This document shows, piece by piece, positions 50,722 to 64,000 of a stretch of 64,000 bases of DNA (its first letter is position 1; each line of letters begins with the position of its first letter). The position numbers were made by a program, and so were the translations under genes. Under the pieces are notes generated by a model. That model did not search any database. It had not been told where the DNA came from and saw nothing but the letters and a program-made list of their open reading frames with translations. Origin of the DNA: Camelus dromedarius (lineage: Eukaryota); NCBI RefSeq assembly GCF_036321535.1, contig NC_087436.1, positions 7,440,001 to 7,504,000 on the forward strand, in the 5' to 3' direction.

Positions 50722-50994
50722 GTTTCAGAACATGGGTATTTCTGACAGATGGCTGGTTAGCATGTCCCAGTTCCTGAAAGAAAAAATGGTGCTGGGAGAA
50801 GGAATGCCCTTATGTTTTTTCCCTCTTGACACACATGTTCCACACAAAAGAAATCACGGATGATTGATAGTAAAATCCTTGACAATGAAAAAAAAAAGGT
50901 AGAGTCATCATCCTTTAAGCAAGAAAGATCTAAAATTGTCTTCAGTAAGTTACTTTCTGCTCTCTCATGATATGTAACACACCATAAGATAAAG

Positions 50995-51305
50995 TACTAT
51001 CAGCCCCCTATAGCCGCATTTTTGGAAAAAAACAAAAACAAAAACAAGAAGTTCCAAAACACGAAACTTGAATTTGCTGTGTGGCAGCAACAATTTACAT
51101 AGCATTTGCATTGTGTCAGGCATTATAGGTAATCTAGAGATGATTTAAAATATATGGGAGGATGCGTGCAGTTGGTATGAGGTATTACAGGTAATCTAAC
51201 ACTACAGCATTTCACTCATATAAGAGACTTGGGTATCTGTGGCTTTTGATATTGGGGAGGGCTGGTAAGGAACCAATCCCTCACGGATACCATGAAATGA
51301 TTGTA
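50995..51305. mobile_element. TcMar-Tigger MITE (MER2/Tigger3-like)
   Basis: AACTTGAATTTGCTG..ATTTACATAGCATTT..GTAATCTAGAGATGATTTAAAATATATGGGAGGATG..AACCAATCCCTCACGGATAC..TGTA. Confidence 0.8.
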
Positions 51306-51922
51306 TATTATATAGTTAAAATGTTTGGTCTTTGGTTAAGGAATGTTTGGTTTTAAATCTTTACCCTCTTTCTTAATACCTGTGTTTTCCTAAACAAGTT
51401 AGCTAACTTCTCTAAGTGTCAATTTTCTCATATGTAAAATGAGTAAAATTACCTGCTTGATCACTTTACTGTGAGAACACTTTATTACTTTGTCACTTTA
51501 TTAAAGAAGATAATGTGTATGAGCACCTACTGAGCATTCAGTGGAGGGCAGTGATGAAGAAGAAAAGATCAATAAAATGGAGACTTCTTTCGGAGTAAGT
51601 TTAGAGTTCCTTTTCACAAGAAGATCAAAGACGTCCTGATAAGATGTGTTCCCTTCTAAAACTACAGACAGTCCTTAACTACATCTCAAAGTCTCACTGT
51701 TCTGACTTGCATTTTCTTAGTATTTCATATAGGTCTGGACTAGGGGTATTTAAAGCAGATCTATTCAAGCAGTATTATAAGAGCTACCACGTAGTGAGTA
51801 TACATGATGGCCCATATTTTGGTATGTGCTTTATAAGCAAGTTGAAAAACGACTAAAGTTACATAATTTAGAAACTACAAAGGTAGTATTTATTCATACC
51901 AAAACTCATGGTCTTAACCAAA

Positions 51923-51995
51923 TTTGATAAAGTTCTAAGTTGCAGATTTTCCTCTAAACTCCAGAGGAAAATCTGCAACTTAGAACTTTATCAAA
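51923..51995. repeat. Perfect inverted repeat, 33-bp arms and 7-nt loop
   Basis: TTTGATAAAGTTCTAAGTTGCAGATTTTCCTCT-AAACTCC-AGAGGAAAATCTGCAACTTAGAACTTTATCAAA. Confidence 0.97.
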
Positions 51996-54900
51996 AAAAG
52001 CTGGTGCCAGAAAGGTAGAGGTCTCTGGTATCTGAGGTGAGGTTTGGTATTGAGTTGGTGGATAAAATTGGAAAAACTCCATCGGAACCATAAACCACTT
52101 TGTGTTCCCTAGTTCTTCTTATTTTCAAGATCAAATCAAACTACCTGAACTCTTGTCAATGAGTTATGATGGGTCTGCAATAGTGGTTTGAGGGCTCCCT
52201 GTGGAAACCAGCTTCTCTGTGACTCAATATAATGTATCCAGTGTGAGCCCTCACAACTGCAGTTGACCTTGAACCAGTCATTGCTAATAAAAGACACAAC
52301 CCCAGTGACTTTCTGGGTATGAGTGATGGAGCACACTACACCATCCTGGGCTTTTAGGATGTACCCACCATATACTGATTGGAGTGGAACCTGGACCATG
52401 TGTAGCCTTGCATGTCTGCCCTCTTGCTAGTGGAAAATACTACAAATAATATGCTTGGTCCACTTGAAGCCATTATCAACCACGCGTGGTGACTTACTCT
52501 TCTACGAAAGCCAAGTCTTTCTTCCTCTGCATACGCAAACCATTTTTATGACTGGTAATCAAGGTTGAAATATTAGTGTTAATAGCATATACATTTAGTT
52601 CTGAAAAAGTTAGAAAGTGGTACTGGGCCCTGGCACTTCCCAAAACTCAGAATTCCTTTGTATTAAAAAAAACTCCAGCAATCTCATATATGCCCCTTGC
52701 CCAGTTCCTTGCTGATGATTCAGTCGGCCTTGGTCTTCTGTAAAAAGCTGCAACCTCTCTTGAGCAGAAAAAATAGATGAGAAAAACAACTGCTTTTTAC
52801 AGAAAAGGCAGAAGTAAAATGACATTTCAAAACTGGACAGGAGAGCATGAAACAGATCAAATATGCCTTTCGGTTGTGTGTTATTAACATGATCCACGAA
52901 CATAAGATGGAAACTCTCTCAACGCAAAGATTAAAGAAGCAAAGTTGAAGCAAGAAACAGTTTGTGTAGAAGGGGGAAGTACTCCAGTTGGGGTTGCTTG
53001 CTTTCCTTGTGAGGAAAGAGGGACATGGCCTTGGGGAGGTTTATATAAATGTGTTCAATGTATATATAACATGTATATACGTACTATATGTAATATGTGT
53101 ATATATGTGTATGCATATACACATATATGAACACACACATAAAAAAACTAGGTGACTGACCATATACCTGTTTCCTAGTTTGAGCTCATCACTTTTGATA
53201 TAACTTTGTTCCAATCAGTACGTTAACTAATAATTTGGCTTGGACCAGAATAAGAAAAGACACCCAATTCTGTGAAGCATAGTCCCGAAATTATACACTG
53301 AGGTCAGTTAAGAGCAGGGTAAGAAAAATCACTGAAGCTGGAAAGTTGGGTAGAAGGAATTTGTACTGATTTGATTAAAAAACCAGCTGAGTAGTTACTA
53401 TATTCAACATTGATGTTAGACTCTGTCTGCCAAGTAGAAATATGCCCCTGAAGACCATTACTTCTTTTGCAATCTGCCCGGAAATATCTGATAGAAAATG
53501 AAAAGCCATTATGGCTACCTGGTAGCAAGTCCACTTACAAATGACCCTGGAGCCCTCGGCAATGGGACCTGACTCTAAATCGTCCTTTCAGATTGTCATC
53601 CGGCCTGCTGGCTCTCCGCTCTCTGCCTACTCACATGTAACTGGGGAATGGGAGGCACTTATCTGTCTTGTTGAAAGCCCTGCGTGCTCATTTGATAACG
53701 GTTGCTTCACAAGAGCGCAAGAAAAAAAGTGCATTTGCTGTAACTATAAATTCACTCACTGGAGTGAGTACATCCTGTGTTTCGCAGCTGCACAAATAGA
53801 ATTGGCCAGAGTGGGTCGGACTGTCAGGACTTTTCTTAAAAAAAAAAAAAAAGCAATAAAATATACCTCTTCCTTCACCCTCTCCTCCTGACCTCTGTTA
53901 TCTTATTCATGAAAAGGACCCGTGAAAGGAGAAAGAAAGAAGAGACTAGCACTGAGGTCGGGGGAAAGGCACACACATTTGTATTCTTGGCAGAGGGAGA
54001 GTCTAAACATTAGGAGTAGATTTCACTTTCATAATCTAGTCATCCTTCAAGAATTCTCTTTCTGCCACCTGCAGTTCATTGTCCTCGTGGTCCTGTCACT
54101 GCACCTAAAAACAAAGACACTCATGGCTTTCTTGCTCTGACAAGCTGGTAGAGAGTCAAGTCTTCTTTTGCAGTGGAACCCTGCAAAGGGCCCATTTCCT
54201 GTTGATCTGATGAACTGCTTCTTTGTAAATATTCACCGCAGGTGGCCAGCTGATTTTCACAGACAGAGCAGACAGCAAAGGAGTCCATTTAGATGGAAGA
54301 ATTGAATGCAGGGGTTTTACGCTTCCATCCATTTTTTATGAATCATAAAAAATAAATGAACGCAACATCTGCAAATAATCAGAGAGATCTAAAACCATGT
54401 TTAGAGACGTAAAGAGAAGAATTTTCACCTCAGCAAGCATCCAGGAGGAGTGTTTTGCTAAAGTGCTGTCATCGTCATAAAAACAAAGATTGTCCATCTT
54501 TTATTAGCACTTCTGATTTAGAAGGCCAAAAGCACTTTGACTCATATGTGAAAATGAAAACACCCAAACCAAAACCTCTTTCTTTTCGGTAATAAATCTT
54601 TGTCTACTTCTGAGTGCTGTCTCATATACTTTTTTGGCACATTAGTAGCAAAACTCTTTCTTATAAACTGAAGCAAATACATTTTTATGCGGTGTCTTTG
54701 CAAGAATGCTTTATTTCTTAAGAAAAAAAAAAAAGAGGAGTAGGATTCAGTGAATCCATACGCAGCTGTTGCTTCAATGACTTGAAATTCTTTGAAGAAT
54801 TCAAATCATTGTTTTGCTAGTCAATATTGTATTAAAGCAGCTGAATACTAACAACAAAATTGATCATTGGAAATCGTATAACCTTGATAAAGCCTTTCCA

Positions 54901-56499
54901 ATTTAACATTACAAAATAGATGGGTTTCTTTCAGTCACTGCTAAAATGGGCATTCTGAGTTTCCTTTTATGTGGGAATGTTTCTAAGATGAAGGACCTGG
55001 CCCGAAGCCCCAGACGGAGCCAGGATTCAAATGATTGCATCCTTACTCCTGATCTTGCCTTTCTCTCCACCTAACAACAGCATCCAGCAAAGGAGCAGAT
55101 CAACGATAATGAAAACTTCCTCTTTGTCCCTGGAGTGTCAAAGAGAACAGGTGCACAGAGCAATAGCTGTAGCAACACGGGCTGCTTCTTGACCAAGACC
55201 TAGCCATTCTGGTGCGCAACACTGGGGCTATCTAGGAAGGCTGGTGGGGGGATGAAAACAGCAGTAAATAATGATGATGTCAGGGATGCCAGCCCTGTGG
55301 CATCTAAACACAAGCCATCTCAGCTCTGACACCGATTGGCTGTGTGACTTTCGGCTAATTACATAATACCTCTGTGCCTTCTCTTGGCTGCAAGCAAAAT
55401 GGGACTCAGAGGCAGAGCAGTCTCGCTTTCCACAGTTGTATTAAATCAGTCTTTGCCAACTAATCTCAAAACCTAGGTGCTCGGGGTGGCATTTTCTATA
55501 TTGATCTTCATTTTAAATCACGTTGGCATTTAAACAATTCTTTATTAGAGGACTTATTCATGGCCAACTTGTTTGGGAGAAAGTATGCTGGGCTTGAAAG
55601 CAATAACCAGTGTAGATGAGACCAATGTGCAGAGTGCCAAAGTGAATTTAAGGATTTTTAAAAGCTAAAGGGCATTTTTAATTTTTTTTTTTTAGAATAG
55701 TAGCCATTTAGAGGAAGTTTCAGCTGAGCCCAAATATCCCTGAATCAAGCCCTTCTGTACCCTTTCAGGAACTGCAATATGCTTATTCCAATAGTTTCTA
55801 TTAGTCACCTTGGGCTCTGTTTCTTATGTTAAATTAGCCCTGGACCCTGGTGCTCTGTCTGCAGCATCCACTGATGAAACAAACACAGAAATGTCCTCCT
55901 GGCCTTGCTGTGATCTGGTTACTTAGAATATTTGATTAAGGTTTTCGGCAAAGAAGCATATATTTACTCTTCACCCAACTTAGATTCTGTTAGGTCTTGC
56001 TTGTGCATAAATATCTAGAAATATCACACAGAAATACAGTAAATATTTTGCTAATTTTCTGTTTCATAGAGAATTTCAGGTCTGACTAGGACATAGCAGG
56101 ACATTTACCTTAAATGCCTCATTTTTCAAAGGAGAAAAGTCTAGTGCAAAGAGGATAATTGCCTGAGTCAAAGTAACTCAGCTTGTAAGAGTTGCTGGGA
56201 TGAGGAAGGGTTTGGGAAAAGAGTGAAGTCTTAGGATTGTGGGAATCAATAGTCAATGGCAAAGAATGGAGCCTTACAAATGATGCCTAAAAACTGTGTA
56301 ACATTGATGTACATAAAATAGACTTTACAGATTCCCACTGTTACTGAGCTACAGCAGAGAATGGTGGGGTCCCTCCTCCACTTTGGAAACATGTGCAGCA
56401 CGCCCTCAGATTTCACAGTGACACTTTATAATTTCTTATGCTCTTCTAAGACTTCCTTGGAAATTCATTTTGGTATCACTTAGACTATATAAAAATGTC

Positions 56500-57191
56500 A
56501 CGGTTGTCAAATGAGCAGCAGAACATGAGAGAAAGAGGGAGTTCTGCAAGACTGAGTAATGGAAACTGCAGCCTTGAAACTGATCAGGACCCTGCGGGGC
56601 CTTCCTGGGGACAGACACCCATGTGTCTCCCGCCTCTTCTTTGAAGAAAGGCTTTAGCCTCCTAGGCCTTCCCCGAGTTCCAAAGAGTAAATTTAATCAG
56701 AGAGGTGAGAAAATGCAGAAACAAAGGAAAAGAGTCAAGTGAGAGAAAATAATAATAGTTTAGTCATAAAACAGTCAAGGACTTTTAATTCCTCTTCAAG
56801 GGCTAGAGATAATACCCTGAGTTGTATCCTTGAGTTATTTTGCAAGTACTAAAATCCCTACCAGTTGGAGGAAGCTAACTGCATGATGACCACTAGCACT
56901 CAGATGGGCTGGAAACAGAAAGTGGATGACTGAGATTCTCAAAGCATCACTCTGTTACCTCACCATCATCCAAGAGCTGATCATGCACCCCATGACTCTC
57001 TACCCAACATTGTCTTTAAAAAGCCTTCCCTGAAAGCCATCAGAGGATTTCAGGTCTTTTGAGCGTGAGCTGCCCATTCTCCTTGCTTGGCACCTGCAAT
57101 AAACACTGTACTTTCCTTCACCACAACCCAGTGTTAATAGATTGGCTTTGCTTCAGGTTGGATAAGCAGAACCAAGGTTGGTTTGACAACA
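56500..57191 (+). mobile_element. ERV1-type solo LTR (same family as 13991-14743; 5' boundary approximate)
   Basis: Shared blocks CAGGACCC.GC.G.GCC, CTCCTAG.CCTTCCC.GAGT.CCAAAGA, GCTGCCCATTCT..CCTGCAATAAA..CTGTACTT. Ends ..ACAACA. Confidence 0.8.
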
Positions 57192-60100
57192 GCATCTGTA
57201 GTCAGAACTGATGAAGTCATGAGTCAGGAAAAAGATAATTAGACATATGACCTTTTATGTACTTGCTATTGAAGGATGATGGTTAAGGTTTTATAGCAGT
57301 GCACATACAAGTAAATTTTAGTTAGGTGGGGAGTGGGAGCACAGTGGTTGTACATCTACTTCAGGCATAAGAGGGCCAGGCAGGAGAGAGAGAATGTGGC
57401 ATTGGGTACTTTGAGTACTAACCATGATCAATTCAACATGGTTTCCAGGAATAACATGCTCAGAAGGATTCTGAGGCTCTGTGGCTTAATCACAAGATCA
57501 GTCCCCAAATATTGTCTCCCTTCTTCTTTTGACAGAAACCTTTAAATATGATTGTCTGAATAGCTTTCTTCAGGGAAATTCTCTTTCTTTTCTGTGACTC
57601 TTTGACTTGCTTCAGTGATATCTTGTAAGAGCTACTTCTCCACCTATTTTCTTTGCAGTTAATATTGCCCCAAAATCCTCATTCTATAGGTAGGATTTTT
57701 CTTATTTTTGTGACGTTCTTTTCCTACAGCCCTCCGTCCCCACCGCCACTGTTTCTGCAACTGTTTGTTACTTGCCTGAGATGGGCATGAAGCTAAACTT
57801 GCTACAACATAGACAACATGGACCTAACAAGCAGGAACTGTCAGTTGGTGTGGGTTTTGGGGTGATTCCAGCAGCCTGTCTGCTCATTTTCAAAAGAAAA
57901 CACATTATCAGCCAAGTTGAAGCTGGTCTCCTTAGAAAAAAATAAACAAATCTCTGACTGCTCTTATAAAACTCACAGATCTTGACAGAGGGAGTTCGAT
58001 GCTGCTGACAGATCATCAATTAGAGGGTGCATGTGTGAAAATGAATGTGGGAAGTGATTGGTATGTGGCTTTTTGGAGGGCTGACAATGGCTCTCACCAG
58101 ACTGGGAGACAAACTGGAATCCATTTCACACTCCTCTTTGGCTGAATCACAGCAGTGCTGGATTTCAAAGAGCAGGGACCCATTTACTAAGACTCAACAC
58201 CTCTTCCCTTTAATCCATGTCTGTATGTTCCAGAAAAGTACAATCATAAAATCAGTTAATACTCTATCTTGTCCTTGCTGAAGTATATTATTATTTATCC
58301 TCATGGTCTGCATTCGTTCTGCTGTAGCAACAGGGCATGGTTTACACTGCCGTGCTGCTGAGAGATTAACTAGATCCATGCCTACCACAGAGGAGATGGC
58401 TTTGATTCACCAAGGGATGGAGTTAAGGGCTCATGGGTGATTATTTCAAAATTAAAAAAAAAAAATTTAATCAGAATGACAAAATAAATCTCTTTTGAGT
58501 CCACCTATGTTGGAGCATTACGAATGTGTCAATAACTCAATAAGATGTGTTGGAAACAGAGAAGTGCAAAGGCAGGGTGTGTTGCACTGTGCTGCCCGGA
58601 GACTGTGTCTTGGGTAATTTTGTTATTTTCTTTGCGCTTTGGTAACATCAGTAAAGTGGGAATAATAGTACCTCCTTGGCAATCTGTTGTTAAGATTAGA
58701 GAGAACAAACACACACCAACACAATTAGTTGGTACCCAATTGGTACCTAATGGCTTGACTCTATATGATGACAACAACAAAACCCACAACACCAACAACC
58801 ATTTAGGGAGAAGCTGGCCACTAGAAGCCAATGGTGAAAGATACTGCACTTAAGAGTTCAGAAATGGACAGCTCTGTAGCCAGGTGTACCTGGAACCATT
58901 TCCACGTGTTAAATTCCTACACTTACCCCAAGGATTCCTCGTAATTCCTGTGCAGCATAGTCCAGAGGCATGGACCTCTGAATTTAATTGCCAGGCTGTA
59001 GATGGAGGCATTAAAAAAATAATAATCACCAAAAAGTTGTTACCTCTAGTAAATAAAATAAATGGCTTTATAGGTATTTTGCCTGGATTTTCACACAAAA
59101 AATTGGTTTTTGACTGACTGTATTTCTACTTTCTAGAAAAAGTAATTGAGGGACAGAGTTTTAAAATTATGTCAGCAAGAGGGACTCCGGGCTTTGTAAT
59201 CTCCAAATCTCCTGTCACCCATTATCACTCACGGCTTATCTTTTCTGTGTTTCTTTTCACTGGGAAGATGAATGTTTCGAACAAGCTGCAAGACGATGCC
59301 TAGTCACTCATCAGTGATTTAAAACATAAAATCTCCTTTTTGGTCTCCACCAAAGGCTTATGGTTTTAACAGGCTTGCGCATTTAGAGATTTTTAAGGGA
59401 TACAAGGAGAAAACTGAGTATTTGGTGGTACACATTTCCATGATAGTGGTAACATGTATTAGCAGAAAATAAATGCAATGCAAGGGTTAAAAATTGAGAA
59501 ACTTAAACGCATTATAGTCTTGCTTTGCTCATTTTTCAGAAATGAATTTAATTTAGTAAGACATTTTTCTTTGAGACAGGTAAAATTAAATTTATCCGGG
59601 ACAGAAAGATATTAAGAAGACCTATATAATTACTTAACTTTATACTGGTGGCTTTGAAAGCAATTTTAGAAGGTGTGTGTATATAGTCAATAAATCACAT
59701 TATTAGGGCCGCTTTAACTTGAATATATGTGAAGCCTTTACGCAACGTTTCTGGGGTATGATATATTTTAGTAACTTCCATCAATATTACCAAAAAGCTA
59801 AAAAAATAAAGATACTCAAGTTTTAATTAAACCCATCACACTGGTAACTGAATATGTAAATATTGCATTGAGTGATCAGGTTCACAGGAGGAACCCTTCT
59901 GAGAGTTGGTAATATTGAACTTGGTGACACAGCAGAGCTAATCTATGTGAGTGATTGTGTTTCTAAGAAGGAACAATGAGCTTAAAATAGAAATAAAAAG
60001 TGACCTGCAAGGTTGCTTGGAGCTTGGACTCTTTTTCTTGAGCTGCTTCTGATTGATATCTACTTCTTTTTCAGAGTGTAATCATAACTTACAGTATCTC

Positions 60101-62470
60101 TGCATTTAAAAATGCCAGGTTGAAAAATGCCAGCATGCTATTGGAGACACAAGCGTCTTCATAAGGACAAGAATCTTGGCGTCACTGAATTGCAACCCAA
60201 TTTACAGGACTTTCAGCTACATATCTGGATATGTACTGTTTGCTTCCAGGTAGATAATTGATAAATACAAAGATATCTCTGTTTTTTATGAACCTAGATT
60301 TATATCCTACAATTATCATTCCCACTCCTAATTGAACTTAAAAATCTTTTGTATCACAGAACAAAAACCAACAAGAGACTTACCCTATTTTAATAATTCC
60401 TTTCTGTACTCTCTTTGGCTGCATCTTAACACCCAAATCTTGAGAGGTAAGTGATGTTCAGAACCCAGAAACCCATGGTACTATATACTCTTCAGAAATT
60501 GGTTTAGCTGCTTCCTGGGCTGCAACTCATGTATCTGCCAAATGTGCTTTGTAGGGAAACAGAGCCGAGGGAAGTGAGTGCTGAAAAGGGGAGATGCCTG
60601 TTCTCAGCTGCAGAGGAGATTGGAAGGTGCAGATCTTCAGCTTCCTCAACCCAGCCCGCTAAGGTTGTATTCAAGGCGGCTTGGACCTCTTTTTGTCCAC
60701 CATTCAGCTCCCTACTGTGTGTCCCGCTTACACTTTAATATCTAGGGCTTTGCATTCAAGGTTCCATATGTAATTCAACAGATAGCATGGAAGCAGTCAC
60801 CTTATTTCCAAATGAATAATATTTGGAATTCCTTCCAATAGTGGCTAAAGCTATAGTTTGCAGCCGTTCATGGTTTTGGCAGATTTGCCTTGTCGGCTGC
60901 CTGATGTCTGCGGAAAACTCATCTCCTTTCAGACAATGTGTCTTTAGCCTTTTGTAGCTAGGTTCAAAGCAAGCACAGAAGGCAAGAGGTATAAGAAGCT
61001 GGTATCATGCAAATTCCAATTTAGTTTCCACAAGGTCTTGGGAGCACTGGCTATCACCATCAATCGCGGGTTATAAATGTGGGACATGGTCATTGTTGGG
61101 AAAACTGATTCTACAATCATCGTCTTGATTGCTAGTCTAAAGACAGTACCCACAGCATTGAATTTATGAGGGTCTTAAAAAGACAATCAGTTTAAAGAAC
61201 TTAACAAGTTTCAGGTATATAGAAATTAGTAAAGGTTAGTTATTGTTATAAATATAGTTTGATCTTTCCGGAAATTAGGTTCCAACCTTCTTAGATCTAT
61301 TAGAACATGAGTTAAAACATCCCCTCCCCTCACTGGCCCCCATCTCCGTACCCTATTTCCAGCAATTAGCCTGTTTTGTATTTCTTTTAGATTTGCAAGC
61401 TGGGATTCACTTTGCACTTAGAATGCTTGATGAGCTAGGAAATATTAATAAAGCAGCTTCTTATTCACCTACTCAAAACATCAAAATGTAACAGACTGAT
61501 TAAAGAGAAAGAAGACATGAATAAAATGACAGCATACACATTAAATTTTAATCAGTACAGGTTCATCTAAGACATGGGGCTGATGTGCTGGAAAGGAATT
61601 CTATTTAGGTCAGGAAGATGGCAGTGTTGTTTAAGAAGCTGGTTGAATCCATCCAGTTAGTGGAAAGGAAGTGGCAGGATTAGGACGTAAAGGTAAAAAC
61701 ACGTCTCGTCTCTTTAGCACAATCCTTTATACTTTTTGAGTCTCAAAGCTGGATGGTGTTTTTGATGTTAATGTATTTGGAATAAAAATGCGTATGAAAT
61801 TTAAAGAAATCTTGCTGAGATAGGATCCTAGGTCACCCATATTATTTAACTGAAGAAAAGTTCCCGGAAAGTCTGTGGGGACAGAGGTACCTGAAACAGC
61901 CCCTGTCTGTCAGAGGCAAGCAGTAAGATGAATTTCAAGTGACAAAATGTTTATTACAGAATGCTAGGCGATTGATTACTGTGAAATTGTACATTTTTTA
62001 AACAATGTTATTTAATTTATTCCTTCAAAGAAAGTGACAAATTTGTCACAATGAGAATAAAGCTATTTTAACTGTCTACCTGTAAGTGTTCCAATTCCTT
62101 AGCATGAAATTGAATGGAATTCACAGTCTGAACCCAACTTGCCTTATTGTCCACTTCCTTTATTTAAATTTCAATACCTCAGTTACCCAACAGAGTAACC
62201 AGGGTCCTCAACAGTAGGGGAGGGTGGGGAGGAGGGGGTTCATGCTAGAACAATCCACCCCTGTTTCTTTATGATCGAAGTGTACATAGCATTCAAGGCT
62301 GAACTCAAATATCTCATTCTAAAATCTTATCTGCTCTCGTATCATTTTGTCTTCCAGGAAAAGAGTAAAAACACCCTCTTTCCAAGCTGCTGACAATTTA
62401 TCTATATCTATCATTTGGAACATAGGACTTTTGCAAACTACAGAAAGTTGGTCGCTGAAGTTGCTGACGT

Positions 62471-62969
62471 TGTGAATAAAAATATATTGCCTGCCGTATC
62501 GGTGAAGAAAGGATGCTGCAGCCATCAACCACCAGCCACTTCTGCCGCCCCATTGGGGAGCAGGAGGGAACTCAGGATGCGGAGAAGCAGGCAGCCCAGC
62601 CTCTGCTTCCACCCACAGTGGTGCCCACTGAGGAGACTCAGGATGGGAAAGCACAGGACACCGGCCCTAGACAGCCAGGTGCACATCAAAGGAATGATTT
62701 CAATGAGCCCAGACCTTTGCACCATCCCACACACAGAAAAATACTAAATTCCTTAACCTGAGATATCTGGTTTTCCATAATTAACAGTAACTTTTTGATA
62801 TTTTATCTGGTCTTTGTCACAAAAACTCATCCTGGCTCCTCCCTTGCTTCTTTGGAGCAGTCCTTTAAAGCGGTCTGAGAGACTGTCTCCCAGGCTTGAA
62901 GTCTGCAGTAAGTCGTCAAATAAAACATAATTCTTAACTCGCAGGTCATGCACTGTTTTTTCAGTCAAA
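62471..62969 (+). mobile_element. ERV1-type LTR
   Basis: Starts TGTGAATAAAAATATATTGCCTGCCGTATC..GGATGCTGCAGCCATCAA. AATAAA 62919-62924. Ends ..TTTTCAGTCAAA. Confidence 0.8.
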
Positions 62970-63357
62970 GCCTTTGAGACACCCTGAAAGGAGTTCAGGG
63001 TGGAGATGAGGAGTGAGGCAGTCTTTGCTCTGGGAAAACTGGCAGAACAAGCCTTCAGATAGTTAGATGTTTTTAGGAGAAGATTTATTAGCCCAATTTC
63101 TTGCATTTTCTTATACTTAGAAAAGCACTAAAGTCATTAACAGAGACATCTGCTCCTCCTTTCTAGCAGCAAGCTTCTACTGAGATGAGTGCATGTATCC
63201 GCTTTCCCCAGTCACATATGTACTGACCTCCCCCTACCTCTATGGAGCAGTTCCTCAGAGCTATCTGAGAGGCCATCTCCTGGGCTATTGTTCTCAGTAA
63301 GTCCCCAAATAAAACTGAACTCACAACTCTTACGTTGTGCTTTTGATTTTGTCAATA
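62970..63357 (+). mobile_element. Second, related ERV1-type LTR (partial) abutting the first
   Basis: CACCCTGAAAGGAGTTCAGGGTGGAG..GGAGCAGTTCCTCAGAGCTATCTGAGAG..CAGTAAGTCCCCAAATAAAAC..GTCAATA. The 3' block is homologous to 62850-62969. Confidence 0.75.
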
Positions 63358-63479
63358 TTTTCATCTTTTATAATAATTATTAATGTATATTCCTTACAAA
63401 TCTGTAAAGTAATATGCTCATGAAGAGCAAAATACTTTGTCTTTTTATTATTATATAGACCATAGCCTGCTGACAGTCA

Positions 63480-63940
63480 TCTATTCATCTATTCATTTAG
63501 TAACTCAATTATTTACAAACTCTTTAGTTCCGTAAATGTTTCAAGGCATTGTGGATATTAAGTTGGGGGAGAGAGATACACACACAGAGACAGAGACAGA
63601 GAGTTCTTATTCTAAAGAGGTAATACTCTAGGAAGAGACAATATGTGAGTCAAGTAATGGTTTAAGTACAATGATATTTGAGATAAACAAATGATTCCGT
63701 ATGAGAGGAACAAAGGCTATTATACCTGAGAGATGGGAAGAGAGAGAGCAGAAGAGTTAGAGATGTGGGATGGAGCCATTGCGTACTGTGCAATATTTGG
63801 ATCTTATCCTAAAGTTGATGGGCACTTGCTCCAAAGTTTTAAGTTCCAAAGTTATACTCTCTAGTTACATAAAGGATGGCTCTTTGAAGTCTGATGATGG
63901 AGGTAGTGAGCTCAGCTTAAATGTTGTTGAGGTTAAAAAC
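63480..63940 (+). mobile_element. L2 fragment
   Basis: ATTCATCTATTCATTTAGTAAC..TTTGGATCTTATCCTAAAG..; degenerate L2 3' region. Confidence 0.5.
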
Positions 63941-64000
63941 AAAACAAAAACAACAAATAATAAAGCTCAATCTCAGACAGTAGGAAAGGTGCTGAAAAGG

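Noticed and set aside
57730..57850. Acceptor-like TTCTTTTCCTACAG followed by an open frame
   Set aside because: Only a weak donor downstream and no recognisable product.

Overview
AT-rich mammalian genomic DNA, probably camelid (alpaca/camel), judging by a Vic-1-type tRNA-derived SINE. I could not identify any intact protein-coding exon, so the window reads as intergenic or deep intronic. The main feature is a full-length processed pseudogene of RNF26 (10645-13370, +) with AATAAA, an A tail and a perfect 15-bp target-site duplication. Its CDS has lost the ATG and carries three frameshifts and two stops, yet its 5' CpG-island segment is well preserved. Much of the rest is transposon-derived: L1 3' fragments with TSDs (two with twin-priming 5' inversions), two multi-kb old L1M copies, ERV1-type solo LTRs, ERVL/MaLR LTRs, a MER2/Tigger element, L2/MIR relics and microsatellites. 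Other unusual items are a perfect 33-bp-arm hairpin (51923-51995), a minisatellite born inside an L1, and several miniature retrotransposition products. Family names come from recall, not a database search, and no novel multi-gene system could be supported.
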